Shown here one piece after another: positions 1 through 13,895 of a stretch of 64,000 bases of DNA. This stretch comes from Octopus vulgaris (lineage: Eukaryota). Within the stretch, counting starts at the first letter, position 1; every line of letters begins with the position of its first letter. The position numbers and the translations under genes are program-made. The stretch covers positions 87,916,001 through 87,980,000 of the forward strand of contig OX597825.1 in assembly GCA_951406725.2 (NCBI GenBank). Reading direction: 5' to 3'. The notes below the pieces were generated by a model. It searched no databases, was not told the DNA's origin, and was given only the letters and a program-made list of their open reading frames with translations.

Positions 1-10
1 ACACACACAC

Positions 11-107
<97 letters not shown>
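1..107. repeat. (CA)n/(TA)n compound microsatellite
   Basis: Direct reading of the sequence. Confidence 0.99.
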
Positions 108-143
108 GCAAAAGAGGGGGTATATTTTCTCGTAGGAAAAAAT

Positions 144-501
144 ATAGGCGAATTTGTTGTTGAAAATGCACCTAAATTTGAAAAACTTGAAAAATTATTT
201 TAAAATAAATTTATTTACTTATATACCAAATTAGTTTCAACAATTTGTTTTTGCTTATCAATGGTAACACTTTAGAATTGTTAATTAGAAAAATATGTTT
301 ATATTTGTCTGCGATGGACATTTAAACTTGTCAACATTGAAGCTTTTAAACATGTCTTTTTAATTAATAATTCTAAATTTTTACCATTGATAAGCAAGAA
401 ATATTGTTGAAACTAGTTTGGTGTGTATGTAAATAATTCTATTTTAAAACAATTACAAGTTTTTCGAATTGAAGTGCATTTTCAACGACAAAATTGCCTA
501 T
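144..501. mobile_element. Fold-back/MITE-like element with ~155 bp imperfect inverted arms
   Basis: 144-303 (ataggcgaatttgttgttgaaaatgcac...gcttatcaatggtaa...) is the reverse complement of 346-501 (...ttaccattgataagc...gtgcattttcaacgacaaaattgcctat), roughly 80% identical by eye. Confidence 0.75.
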
Positions 502-514
502 GTATGTATATATG

Positions 515-1350
515 TAAAATTTAGATTCAGATGAATTAGGTACTTAAGTTGAGACACCAGAATTTAGTACGGTATTATCCATAGTTTCAAAATAAGGTGA
601 TTAAAATCAAAATAAACAAGGATATCCAGAGATAATGCAGTACGATCGTTTGAAGCGACTCCATTTAATTGAACAATGCAATCATTACATCAATTTAAAT
701 GCAGGGCAATCCTCAGCCGCATAAATACATAGAATTAAATTAAAACAGGTGGACGCATTAGTATAATTTTACCTAAAACTTCGAAGAAGGTAAGGAGATC
801 GACAAAGATCGTGCTGTCTTCATTTCAGCTTAGAAGCTACTAAGGTATCAGGAAAAAAGAATCGTTAAGGATCTAGCTTGTTACTGTTTGGGGGGCAGTT
901 TTAATTTATAGTCTTGTATATCTTTGTATATCAAAATCTAAGGCCAAGGAACAAGGAGCAGTGTCTGTTTGGAAAGGGGCTGAGGGAGACAAAGGGTTAT
1001 AACAGGTACGTTTCAAGTGTGGTAGAGTGGATATTTATATTTAGTAGTTTATGAAACTTATGTCGAGTTGGAAAAATATTCTTTCTATTCTGGTTGCAGA
1101 ATCCCACCAAAGATTTGTAATATAAGATAAAATGAGATTGAAATGAAATGGATCCTATTCATGTTATCTCAATCTCATTTTAACACTTTTTCGGAAATGG
1201 TGAAGTGATGGAAAATTATGGTTATGATAGTCATACATTTCACTTGTTTATTACGAATGGAAGTTCAAGTCTAAACATATGAAGTGGATTAATTTCTTCA
1301 CTGAGTTTCCAAGCAAATATAGCTCTGTGAAAGCGTCGCAAATTTTCATC
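515..1350 (-). mobile_element. Decayed Penelope-like element 3' end/pLTR with hammerhead remnant
   Basis: Minus strand 720-637 reads gcgg CTGAGGA, long stem II, (c)AAA cgatcg TA ctgc, which is type I hammerhead topology with palindromic stem III. It is flanked by TA-rich microsatellites. Confidence 0.5.
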
Positions 1351-1433
1351 GTCAGAATAAAAAAAAAAAGAAACATGGAAAATGCATCTCGAACGGCAGC
1401 TTCAAGGCTAGTATATATACACACGCTACTAAT

Positions 1434-1565
1434 TGTGTGTGTGTGTGTGTTGCGTGTGTGTAAGTGTTGTGTGTGTGTGCGTGTGTGTGTTTGTGTGGGC
1501 GTGTGTGTTTGTGCGTGCGTGTGTGTGTGTGTGTGTGTCTTTGTGTGTGTTTGTGTGTGTGTGTA
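1434..1565. repeat. (TG)n microsatellite
   Basis: Direct reading. It explains the VC/HT ORFs. Confidence 0.98.
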
Positions 1566-2496
1566 CTAGTGGGTATGTATACAAAGTGTCTATAGTCGCA
1601 TCCATTCATTGGTTTGTGGCCATAATTCTAGAATTTATTCACTGCGAAGTACACCAACGTGTTGTTGTGGTTGGGCGAGGTGCAGCATCCAGCGGCACAC
1701 ACAGTGGCGAAATTCATGAACGCAAAGCTGAAGCCATGGTTTGTCGGTGATATTCAAACTCACGTTGAAATCACGTTAAGTTTGTTTCTTCAATCAAGGT
1801 TGAGATAAACCAAGACTGTTTAAAAGCATTTATATATATGTATTAATACTCTCTAGACATTGTAGGGCGATGTTTGCAAATGTTTTGCTATAAAAGGTAG
1901 GATTAAAAACCAATTTTATAAATCTACGGAATGACTAACTCTTCATTAAAATGAAATCGAAAAGATTTTTATGGACACAAAATTCATCGTATTTGGTATT
2001 TGGAATGGATTTGTTTAATGTAATGTTGTCTCCATATTTATCCTTATTAGCAATTGTCATCTTTGCCGATATACTTATATTTACATAATAATTGATAATA
2101 ACACATCGAGCAGACGAATAGATTTCATCCCAATGAGCTCACCGAGTTGCCATGTCAGCAGATATTTATCTTCCTAAAGCAGATTGCAGACCATATTCTC
2201 AATTGTCTCCATGACTTGCAGCGTCTTCTACACCAAATGCAAATGTGGGTGATTAAGTCTACTGACTTCATTTGACACTGGTACATTTTGTGTAAAGGAC
2301 AAGTGAAACAGTTTGACTACAGCGATGGGATTCAGTTCCAGATCCATTATGATAGAACATATAATTGTTTGCCTCATTTTAAAATCAATCTAAAAGCGGG
2401 ATAGAAAGAAAATTCCACCGAAATTGATTTCTTTGAACGATAAATGCTCGTTCATATATAAATGGTTCTACACATGAATTATGTGGGGAGACAAAG

Positions 2497-2675
2497 AATA
2501 ATCATTTTTACTATAGGCACAAGGATTGGACATAAGTCGATTACATCGACTCGAACCCAAAAGGATGAAAGGCAAAATCGACCTCAGCGGAATTTGAATT
2601 GAAAACGTAGTGACGGGCAAAATACCGCTAATCATTTCGTCCAGCGTGTTGACGATTCTGCCAGATCGCCGCCTT
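2497..2675 (-). mobile_element. tRNA-derived SINE family M (Meta-like central domain)
   Basis: Reverse complement of the ggcggcgagctggcagaa head plus the gcctttcatcctttcggggtcgata core seen at 20489. Confidence 0.85.
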
Positions 2676-2683
2676 AGAGAAAG

Positions 2684-2893
2684 TATAATAATAATGGTTT
2701 CAAATTTTGCCATAAAGAGTGGATGAGTCGTTTACATCGACCCCAGTGTTCAACTGGTACTTCATTTATCGACCCCGAAACGATGAAATGCAAAGTCGAC
2801 CTCGGAGGAATTTGAACTCAGAACATAGCGACGAGCAAAATACTGCAAAACATTCCGCCGGTTTGCCAATGGTTCTACCAGTTCGCAGGCTTA
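2684..2893 (-). mobile_element. tRNA-derived SINE family M, in tandem with the previous copy
   Basis: atcgaccccgaaacgatgaaatgcaaagtcgacctcggaggaatttgaactcagaac matches the family core and B box. Confidence 0.85.
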
Positions 2894-3564
2894 AAGAAAG
2901 TATAATAATAATCCATTTTATGTTTCTGAGAAAAGAACAACTACGAAGTCAAATATAAACTAATGTCTCCACCCGAAAATGTAGAACTGGGATTATTCCA
3001 GCATAGAATCGCAATGAAGTCGCTAAGACAGACAAACGCAGTGGTGTCTGATGTTCGGTAATTGCAGAAATATACAAGGCGAAAGGATTAATAAGAATAA
3101 AGACTTCTGTGGAAAGTGTAATTTTTCTGTCGATATCTGTCCGATTTAATCGACTGTTATATGGATTGGTTGTTAATCCATTGATCTTGAAAGTATTTGA
3201 AGCATTCTAGTGTTACACGTAACAGAACGTCGACACATTTCTACCATTGAGGATCATATGTTATGGATGACTCTGAGGTAAGCTGTTTTGATTTTTAGAT
3301 TAGTCATTTCTTGTCTTTTTTAATCAAAAGCTTCTTTTGAAAGTAATTTATTAGTCTCATGCGTAAAGGTTTCACATTTAACTATTATTGGGTCATGAAC
3401 GAAAGTACAGCTCCTACCAAAATCTTCTCTGTTAGAGACAGCAAGGATTGTGAGGGTCTTCTAGGGAATTGAAAGACTGTTGAAAACTTGTGCATACCTA
3501 AGGTTACAGATTGTAACTCGGTACCCGCATAAATCCTACCAGGAATAAGACCGAACCTGAGCCA

Positions 3565-4475
3565 AAGTAGAAAGGCATGGAAATACCCAACGCTTTCCTG
3601 TAGTCTATCCATGCCATACTCAGGTCTTTCATTTTGCTCCGACACTTCTCTACAATTAATTATAGAGTAATTGATCTGTGCACCCATAAGAATTCCTTAT
3701 CAGCCCTTTTGAGCTTGTGGACGGATAGATCTCTGTTCAAGAAAAGCGTATATTCTGTCAGTTAATATGGATGTGAGGGTCATCTTGTAGGTGGTGTTGA
3801 GACATATTGGTTGGTTACTTTGAATTTTTTGTATATTCAGTTTTTGGTTGAAGGTATTTTGTTCCTTTGGTCAACGAGGCAGATATTTGTTCTGGGTTCT
3901 GGATGACACCAATTAGAGATGCAGCTGAATTTTTGAGTACTTCTGTCAGACAATTTAGCTAGAAGTTAGGAATTCAGTGCTGGAGTTTTCCATATGTGAC
4001 AAATCCTAAGAATACATCTTAGCTCTTCTATTCCTATTGCCTCCCATTTCTGCTCTTCAACTCCATCCAATCTCACTTCCTCACGCTCTATCTTGTCAGC
4101 TTTAGCATTGTATTCTGTTTTGTTGCTCCATATCTTCTTCCAGAACTTTTCCATTTCCTCAGTCTTCAGTCTTGGGTGGCTCCTTTATTTCTATCTTTTG
4201 CCAATTTCTCAATAAAATTTCTTTGCATCCGTCTTGAATATCTTGTTTTGTCGATAAAATCTGATTCGTTTGCTATACTTTTTGAGCCGTTGGGCTTTCA
4301 CTTGTATTCGTTGCTTCACCATTTTCTTGGTTGCAGAAGAAGTTTATAAAATCTTGCATTTTATTTCTTTGCTTGATTTTTCAAACTCGTTTCGTCTTAA
4401 CATTTACTCTTCTAGCAAGTTCAGGGAGAACTAATACATCCGCCCGCAGAGATTCGATCTCTTTTTGTATTTTGT
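3565..4475 (-). mobile_element. R4/Dong-clade non-LTR retrotransposon fragment (pre-RT region and RT start), decayed
   Basis: Translations include KQRIQVKAQRLKKYSKRIRFYRQNKIFKTDAKKFY and MEKFWKKIWSNKTEYNAKA, plus a WIDYKKAFD-like region near 3580-3620. Stops and frameshifts are present. Confidence 0.8.
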
Positions 4476-4507
<32 letters not shown>

Positions 4508-4519
4508 CATCGTCATCAT

Positions 4520-4552
<33 letters not shown>

Positions 4553-4629
4553 CGTCATCATCATGATCATCATCATGATCATCATGATCATCGTCATCAA
4601 TATCATCTACATCATCATCATCATTATCA

Positions 4630-4681
<52 letters not shown>

Positions 4682-4688
4682 CATTATT
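4476..4688. repeat. (CAT)n grading into (TAT)n trinucleotide repeat
   Basis: Direct reading. It explains the poly-H/D/M ORFs. Confidence 0.98.
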
Positions 4689-5185
4689 GAGTGAGAGAGC
4701 AGTGCATGTCATCAAAGTGACACTGGGGCAAAATATACGAAGCCCAGAATCCCCATCATGACTACCCGTCTGATAAGGGTACACCAAGCACGTGCATCAC
4801 AGCCATATATGTGCGCGATAAGGTGATCTTATATCAAGATAAACAGCGCATGACCTTTCAGGTGGGGCCCAGTTACAATTTCCTTCATGTCGAGTATCCC
4901 ATCCCGCTCAAAAGGTCCCTGAATAAGGGTTGTTTAAGTATGTTGAACGAAATACCCATGTTTCCAAAGGTGAATTAATCAAACCCCAAAGAATCCCTCT
5001 CAACACACGGCTATGATATTCCCCCGCTACTACTACTCGTGATCAGAGATGCACATATCGTCAGCCACTAAATGACATGCTCAACTGGTTAAGGTCAAAC
5101 AACTGACAAGCAAATTTGTGGTACTGAGCAGAATATTTGCTGTAGCCCATCTTTTATACTAAGACAAAACAACGTACATAATAAC

Positions 5186-5187
<2 letters not shown>
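4689..5187 (-). mobile_element. ~500 bp interspersed repeat (family D) flanked on both sides by (TTA)n
   Basis: Homologous copies lie at 48878-49370 and 63176-63342. Strand is inferred from the putative (TAA)n tail. Confidence 0.8.
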
Positions 5188-5237
<50 letters not shown>

Positions 5238-8200
5238 GTTGTTGTTGTTGTTGTTATTATTCCTGGTTTGAGAAACCTATCCACTATTAGCTTTTCGCAT
5301 CAACAGTTAGATACAAAATGTAGAACATGAATGCTAAAATTAACAAGCGATGTTAATGGTAATAAATTGTCAACGTTAAATGGTTTGGAGATTCTAAGAG
5401 TCTCAGAATGTTCTTACGTCAATCGTACTTACTGTAATGATTCTATATCACTTATTGTGTCATTAATGCAAAGGCGACAAAGAGAGAAAAAACAAATGTT
5501 ACCAATGATGTAGCTACATCTGATCAATTTGGTTTGTGCAATTTTTCATCTTTTGAAATTGGCTTTTCACTATGTTCGGTTTTTGTTGTTAATACAAACA
5601 CAAATGGCATTTGATTTTGACGACTGATATCCTGCAATGAAATGATGTAGTTTCACATTCCTTTCTTTAACACAAGTAGAGGATTTCTTCTTCAAACAGT
5701 TGACTTTTGATGACTAGATTAATGCAAAATAACTTTAGTATATTGTGTCGCGCAGTTCTTTAGCGAGAAAGATATTCATAACAACATTCTGATACAAAGT
5801 AGTGCAGTATTCTATCTGACATTTACCCTTTATATTTTGGATCCAGGGAAAATGTTGTGCTTGCAACATTTTCATAATCCGGCAACTTTTGGCCAAATGA
5901 AGGCCCTTCGAACAGTCAGCAATCATATAATATCATAATTGCTTCATCTTGACAACATCCAATATTCCTTGTTTAGCCTGACTCGTGTAGAAAATTTCAA
6001 ATATCCTGCAGGATATTATTTCAAATACAAGTGCATCAGTTGCTTGCAAGGAAATATTTTATTGAGGATTATTGTTGTTAAATCGATAAGACAGATCCTG
6101 GTCCCTTGCTCTGGATTGCTGAAGAGAAGGTGAAGAAATCTGTTACCTGGCAGTGCATCATGTCAAATGGCAAGCGACAAGCGTGTTTTATGAGATCGAT
6201 GCCAGGATTTTCTATTTCCCAAAGTCATAAAGAAAGCAACAAATTTGCTATTCCAATACTTTGCTATTATTTCTTGTTATACATGAGTTCCAAATGTTTC
6301 AACTATTTCCTCAATTTCTGAATTATCAATTCCATTCTGCTACCAGGCATCACCGTATGAACAAATTTAGAAATTGCTGTGAAAAGTATGAATCTGAGAG
6401 TCGATTTCTTTTCTCTCTAAAACTCCACCTTCTTATGTTTTATTGAAAACAGGACGGCTTTTCGGTTCTCGTTTTAACCATTTGAATGCTTTTCAGTGCT
6501 TTTTTGTGACTACTTACGTATCTAATCTGCGTACACTAGTTGGTTCTTCTATATTACTCTTTGAGGTATTGTATATGCTTCACTACTTAGAAAATATGTT
6601 CCATAGATTTTTCTTATCTTTCAATTCTAGACCACGTCCAAGTAATTTCTGCGTTTTATGAAGCGATACACTTTTTTCAAATCAAACTTCCTCTTCTGTC
6701 GTGTTGAGTCATGCTTATAAAAGTCTCTTCACACTGAAAACTGTTTTCGTTCGTTATAATATACTTTGGTATGATATCACGTAGAAATCCATGGCATACT
6801 GCTGACAGTTACGCATACATACATCTGTATACACACATAAGCACGCACACACACACACACGCACAAATTCTCTTATATATCGATATATGTATGCATGTAT
6901 GTATGCATAGTGTATGTAACTATGTCTGAGTGTGTGTTGCAAAGCATATCGAACTAGTCCTGTGCCTTAGAACACCCAGCTTGCAACGCCCTGTAACTGT
7001 CCTGAGCTCCATTTCAAAGATTAAGAAAGGTGACATCTTAAGCAAGGTCAATGTTGGCAAATATTGAATAGTGAATACAGTTAGCCAGGGCTACTGTTTC
7101 TCTTTAATTCCCCCGACTGTCTTAAATATATATAAAGGCCTATGGAAAGTATTCGCTTCAAAGTACTGCGAGTTAGAAACTGATATATTATAATCAATAC
7201 TGAACTAGTTAAATGTGGCGCACGAATCAGTCATTAATGAAACACAGTAACAGAAATTTCAAATCCCAGTTTCAGTCATGGCTTCAGTGCCTTGATGCCA
7301 TGCCATAATATAAAATCATTTGCTCTATGGTTGAGTTCATTTCTTTAAGTGTCGCCGCTTTTTCTAGTGTTGTCCGCGAAAATATTTATAATTTGTATTT
7401 ACACTTAACATTGTTCCCTTGCATTGCTTTCTTATTTCATTTACTGCAATGACTTCGCGTACCCTTTCCTTTACATTACACCCCGAAGAATTTCTTATGT
7501 TCACTATACAAGGTTATCATTTTCTGTTATGACACACTGGACAAAAATTACAAACGAAACGTAAAGCCTTTCTAAGACACTTGTGCAACTATGGTAGTTG
7601 CGAGCTGATATTTAGGTTTGGGCCCGTGATATTCCCATATAATAACAAAATTACCGTATTAAGATTTCTACGGATCACATTTATTTCCATAAAGACATTA
7701 TAGAGATTACTTGCAGATAACGTTAAACTGATTTCCCAGAGTATGTTTCTATACGGATAGAAGTAAGAACGCTATCCTTATATTTAATTAGGTGGTCTTT
7801 TAACGTGGCTGTCAATAAACTAAGAATAGCTCTACCGACCTCTGCCAAGCTCCTATCTTCTCTGATTCGTATTTCCCGTGCATGTCAATTTATGGCCATC
7901 AGTTGGCCAAAAACTATATGGAATTTTCCAATACACTTGACACCTACACAAATTCTCAGGGACAACGATTAGTCAAAAGTAGGTGAAAATCAGCAGGATG
8001 TGAAATGTCGCCTGAAAGTATAGAAATTTTATTTGTAATGGTTGCTCCCGTTACGGAACCGTCACGGTTTCGAATTCAAATACCGCTGCACACCTATTTC
8101 ATATATCTTTTACCACGTGAGGCAGAATTTATGTCTTATAACAAGAAAAAACTGACGAAACCAATTTATTTAGGATAATAAAGCAACGAACCGATATCAA

Positions 8201-9109
8201 CATTACTTTTAAAACAAGGTTCCAAGAGAAAACAGAACGCATGTGTCTAATAAAAATGTTCGTTCAGGAACAGTAAGAGGATTAGATGTGTACAACCGCT
8301 GGGTTGGTTAAAACTAGAATCCAATACCAATTCTCAAATTTGTTATGTCAACCTTCACTGCAGTTGCACCATTTTGGAACGAGAATCAGTGTTAGTTGCA
8401 TTCTCTTTTGTAGAACATTTTACCAGTATGAAATTAGCAATTATTCTTGTCTTTCAAATATCCTCCCATCTGAAAATCAAGACAGAATAGTTTCCATGTT
8501 ATCATAATGAAATATAGATGCTACATACTTCACTGCTGAATACGTTCAACTGAGTCACACAGTTTCTGGTATAATTTAAATAGCAATATAATGTGTGATA
8601 CAAAATCTATAGAAATAAAAGTGCTCATGCTATTCATATATTTCCATTATTATATTACACAACGCATTAGGCGTAAGTACATGCAATTTTCATTTGGAAT
8701 TTACAGCAATCTATCTCAACCAAATACATCTGTATATAAACTTATATATCAAACTTCAATATTGTGAGAGTCTTGGCTTAGACTTAGTAGCTGTCGTGTG
8801 TTTATCAAGACATTCGATCGTTGTGTGATTTTATTCAAGCACAGAATTTTAGAACGTTTGTAAGACTCATATTAAATCATCAATTATATTTCGCAGGCAA
8901 GCGATAAATAGTTTCAGAGCTGAAATCAATACTTGCAAACGTTTCTTTGACTTCTGATGCATTTCAAAAGGTGAATATAAAAAGTGCTATGACCCCTATT
9001 GTGAATTTAATCACCTAACGTACAATCTCCCTTCCTTGCGCTTGATTCCATCTATTAATACAGTTTTTCAACTCACAAGCTCATTTCATATAAACACATA
9101 CATCCACGC

Positions 9110-9235
9110 ATATATATATATATATACATATATATATGTATGTATATAATATATATATATGTATGTATATATAATATATAAATGTATGTATATATAATAT
9201 ATATATATATGTATGTATATATATATATATATATG

Positions 9236-9323
<88 letters not shown>

Positions 9324-9438
9324 ATGTAATATATATACATATGTATGTATACATAATATATATATATATGTATATATACATATATATGTATATATATATG
9401 TGTGTGTATGTATATATATATATATATATGTATATGTA

Positions 9439-9487
<49 letters not shown>

Positions 9488-9532
9488 ATGTATATATATA
9501 TATATGTATATATGTATATATACATAAAAATG

Positions 9533-9565
<33 letters not shown>

Positions 9566-9571
9566 TGTATG

Positions 9572-9641
<70 letters not shown>

Positions 9642-9755
9642 TATATGTATGTATATACATATATATATGTATGTATATATATATATATATATGTATGTAT
9701 ATATATATATATGTATATATATATATGTATGTATATGTATATATATGCGTGTGTG
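9110..9755. repeat. Long imperfect (TA)n microsatellite
   Basis: Direct reading. It is the source of the YI-repeat ORFs. Confidence 0.99.
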
Positions 9756-12700
9756 TTGGGAGTGGAGATGGGTTAGTACAATAGTTATTACTTGTATTTT
9801 TATTTACATTCTCTCGTCCAGAAATACACGAGTTCGTGGGATTCGGATAGGACCAAAAGAAATCTAGTAGTACTTATGAACATTTAGTTTACTCTAAACA
9901 TATCATAAGTCATTATAAGTTCTGAGCAGTCCTTTGCAGCATTTGCATTTCGAATGCTCACCAACTTAATGGCGTCCTATATTGGTTTCTTGGATTTAAA
10001 AGATTCGATGGACGTGACAATAAAAAAAAAATATCTCCTCAGTATTTCTTTTCTTTTCTTTGCAAATAATAATTTACACCTGGGAAAATTAATATAATAA
10101 AAATACGTTATTCATAAAAAAAATGGTTCAGTGACAATGCATATTTAATTGCAGTTTGGAAGACTACAATCACTGTTTATTGAATTCCTTCAGTTCTGGA
10201 GGTAATTTGAATGGAATCGTAGGGTTTCACAACAGATGCACATAATCCTAATCGTCCCATTATACTGCACCCCGTTGGAGAAACCAGGATAAACACTCAA
10301 TGATTTTGCTATGGTTCAACAGAGTCATTTTAAAGATTAAGATTTGAAATGCTAACTCAAATATGAAGAATATTGATTTATTTTTAAGGGCGGTACTAGA
10401 GTTAATTGTATCCATTCTACCTGAAAATGATAAAATATCTCAATGGACGTTTTGCAACATTTTATCAATTCCAGGTAGATGAATATCAACGTTAACTGCT
10501 GCGATATTTTAATTTAGGACATGGAAGTGTTAATCAGAATCCTGAATAAAACTCCAAATCGACTGCGATAGTATGGATTGATATTCATTTATTTTGAACA
10601 AACACTTTGGCAATTTATTATTATGCAGAACGCAGAGAGATGAAAATCTTTGTTACAATCGTCTACTTTGCAATTCATAGCCAAGCGTAAGAAGACATTA
10701 TAATTTATTGTATTAGTTTTGCCCTTTCTTCCTCCGGTATTTTCCACCACCCGAAATACTGTTATCAGCAAGAATATTATTTCCAAAATGTATTTAATTC
10801 AATCTTTTTTTTGGGGGATACTATACGACAGAGGGAGACCCCAAATTTTTCGTATCCGGAAACGGCAAGTTTCATATCACGCTTTTATTTAAAATATGTT
10901 AATTTCAAGGAAAAGGCAGATATTTATAAAAGAAACTGAGTCGCAGCAGTTTTTATTTCTGAGGCTACAGTATTGCAGTAGTTGCTTATCGTTTCAGTTC
11001 GGGGAAAACGTCGATTGGGCGTAACGTCGCTCCGCTTCAGAGTATTTGATAAATTTCAATAAAAATAGGGACCCCATTTCTCTAACAAGATGTATTCCAT
11101 CTTAAACTTCTTCTTTGATATAAAGAAATGCTAAAAGTATTTCCCAAGATATTAGACCATAATACTCTTTTGTGAGAAACATGTCTAGAACATTCTAAAG
11201 AAAAAAATATCATTCTTTATGTTAACTAATTTTGCGTTTGTGTAGGAATATTAAATGTCAATGAAAACAAACATTTAAAAATCAAGCATTGCATATCTAA
11301 ATTGGCGGAAATGATTTGCATAAAAGTTTACTTGATTTTTCTCGCTCTGTTTAAAGAAAATTGTTTGCTATGTCAGATTACTCTCACTAATTAAATATGA
11401 TCATCAAACAATCTAATTTCGAGGGTTGAATGCAGCAAATGCACATTTCGGAAGTTCTGTCGGTTTTATTGCAACAGAGGTGACGTCAACGCACATAGTT
11501 TTGGATACAAATCTGAGCACAAATACTCAGACCTCTGACTAGAGATCATTCGGAGCCACCCCTAAATATATTCTTACAAATATTTTCTACTTGTTGATGT
11601 TCTTTTCTAAAGCTCGATAGTCGTAATCTTGCTTACACAAAATTGTGTGTAAAAAGAATGCTTTTAGGTGGAGTGTCGATAATTTAACAGACGCGAGATT
11701 TGTAAACACTCGGTGCTTTGTTGTTATTCATTCGATGCAAGTAATTGAAAAGTTAAAATGAACTTCGAACGGATTTGAAATGTGATTGGAGCAACTTTCA
11801 AGTAAATACTTTAATGCATTCCACCATTTCTACCAATTTCGTATTTCGATACTTAACTCACATATCGATCACTATAGATTCGTAGAGATTAGTCATATTT
11901 GATTGTATTGAGAGAACACATCGTGTGTGGTAATTATACGATCGAAACTATTGTGGGTATAAGTAAAAGAGAGGGATTCGACTTCAGAACATAAAACGAT
12001 GAAATTTAAATCTCTACAGAAATTAATCATTGTGCTTTGGCATTATTTTTATTGTATCACCTTTGATGTGTTTTATCATTGATAAAAATTATGAAAACTA
12101 ACCGATCTGAATGGGTCAGGTAATCGAAGAGATGAAGCGAAAGACAGAATACAAAACCGTCTCAAACATTTCAAGATAAAATATACATTAATGACTTGTT
12201 TATCTCCCTTGGTCAGACGAGGTTTTTAGAACTTTTATTAATGGTGATCCATCAATGTCCATCGCTGTCTGTGGAGATTTTATGTGTAGAACTACGTTTT
12301 CCAAACGGTCTCACTGCCATGTTAGTTGGCTGTAACTAGAAACAGACTTGACTACGTTTCTGTTGCAGATAATGTGGGTATACATACATAATACATTCAT
12401 ATACACGCATACACATATATACATATGCTTGTGTATTAGTATATGTGCGTGTATGTGTTTGTCTGTGTGTGTGAGAGTGGTATTAAAATGCGTGTTAAAC
12501 TGGAAATATTGGATAGTTTAGTTTTAGGTCTGGTGATTGAAGTAAAAACGTGATGCATACGACTGGAATCCATCCGTGAGAATGTGTGTTCATTTGAAGC
12601 TCACCTGGATTATGCCAATGTTACCTATGTTACAAAGTGAAATATTTTTGACAAGTGCTAAGTAAAAAAAAAAAGAAAATCAGCGAGCGGAGAACGAACA

Positions 12701-13475
12701 AATATTGTTTCCTCCATTCTCTCATAGCAAAATGTGAAAAATGAGTTACCATTGCTGAATAAAATTCTAATTTGCACAATTATCCGTTCGATCACGAACG
12801 ACTATTTAAACAGTTGGTGTTAAGAGTTGTGACAAATGACTGAAAGACACCAGGAGAAGAATATTGAGGACCGATAGAACACGTAACGTCAGTGCAGAGG
12901 CATGGAATACGCATGAGATTCCTGAGTGAAAACTGATATTGACAGACCTAGTTTAGAAAGAAGAGAATGTGGTGAACAACACCTAAATAGAAAGAAAGAC
13001 TGTTGGTGGTGTGCTTTAAATTCCTCGCCTGATCTCGGTCTTTACCATGCTGTATTGTGTTAGAATAGTAATGTTACAATGGCAAATACGGCATTAGTTG
13101 CGAAATAACATGCTTTTATTGAATATTCTAGAGTGTTACTCTTGAATAGGATTCAGGTCAGGGGCATATCGAGACTCCTTTACGTCACCTCGTTTATTGG
13201 GGAACAGCAAAGAATTTCGACAAATTACTATGTCTGCTTTAATTGTTTCAGGCGTTAGACTGCGGCGATGCTGAGACACCGGTTTGAAGAATTTTAGTGG
13301 AATGAATTGACCTCAGTATTTATGGTTTGTTAAGCCAGATACTTACACTGCCTATTTTCCTTTTTACCGAACCTCTAAGGTTCAGTGGCCGTAAACACAC
13401 CATCACTAGTTGTGAAGCGGAGGGAATTTCCATACACACATACACACAAAAATATATGTTGCAATTTTATGTCAC

Positions 13476-13549
13476 GGGCATATGGCGTAGTGGTTAAGAG
13501 CGCGGGCTGCTAACCCCAGGATTACGAGTTCGATTCCAAGCAGTGACCC

Positions 13550-13590
<41 letters not shown>

Positions 13591-13790
13591 GTAATAATAA
13601 TAATAATAATAGTAATAATAATATTAACAACAACAACAACATCGAAAAATATCTTAGGAATGAGAACCCAGGTTCGAAAGTTGCCCAAGACACCTCATGA
13701 GAGCTGGAGGGTATATCAGCCGAAAATTTGTGTTAATAACAAACAAGATGAGGATAAATATCAGTCAAATGCACATAATGTAAATAATAA
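13476..13790 (+). mobile_element. Hammerhead-bearing tRNA-SINE (family H), copy A
   Basis: A box TGGCGTAGTGG, B box GAGTTCGATTCC, internal (AAT)n/(AAC)n, and a mutated hammerhead at 13689-13734 (gacac CTcATGA gagctg...cagcc GAAAattt gtgtt). Confidence 0.85.
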
Positions 13791-13799
13791 ACATATATA

Positions 13800-13895
13800 T
13801 ATACCGATAATGGTTCTTTTAACATACCGAACCACTTGAAAATTATTAATTATTAATTGATCGATTAATTAATTTTACCCTCTATTATTATTGAT
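13800..13895 (+). mobile_element. Short fragment of the repeat family seen at 21960-22060 (possible Penelope-like pLTR)
   Basis: taccgataatggttcttttaacataccgaacc...ttttaccctctattatt resembles the reverse complement of 21960-22055. Confidence 0.5.

Noticed and set aside
4331-4787. Poly-His/Asp/Asn ORFs suggesting a metal-binding protein
   Set aside because: A (CAT)n/(TAT)n repeat between two transposon fragments, open in several frames on both strands.
9073-9867. Long YI/IY-repeat ORFs (also at 25-26 kb, 30.6-31 kb and 52-54 kb)
   Set aside because: They are translations of (TA)n/(TATG)n microsatellites, which lack stop codons, and are not genes.
10629-10686. Signal-peptide-like mini exon MKIFVTIVYFAIHSQA
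   Set aside because: Short, with a weak acceptor and no supporting downstream exon, so it is easily due to chance.
13476-13550. tRNA gene-like sequences (also at 29185, 20489 and 55003)
   Set aside because: A and B boxes are present but there is no closing acceptor stem, and each continues into a multi-copy SINE body.
13552-13640. CRISPR-like or prokaryotic-type system
   Set aside because: There are no constant repeats with unique spacers and no cas-like or operon-like ORFs anywhere. The sequence is eukaryotic repeat DNA.
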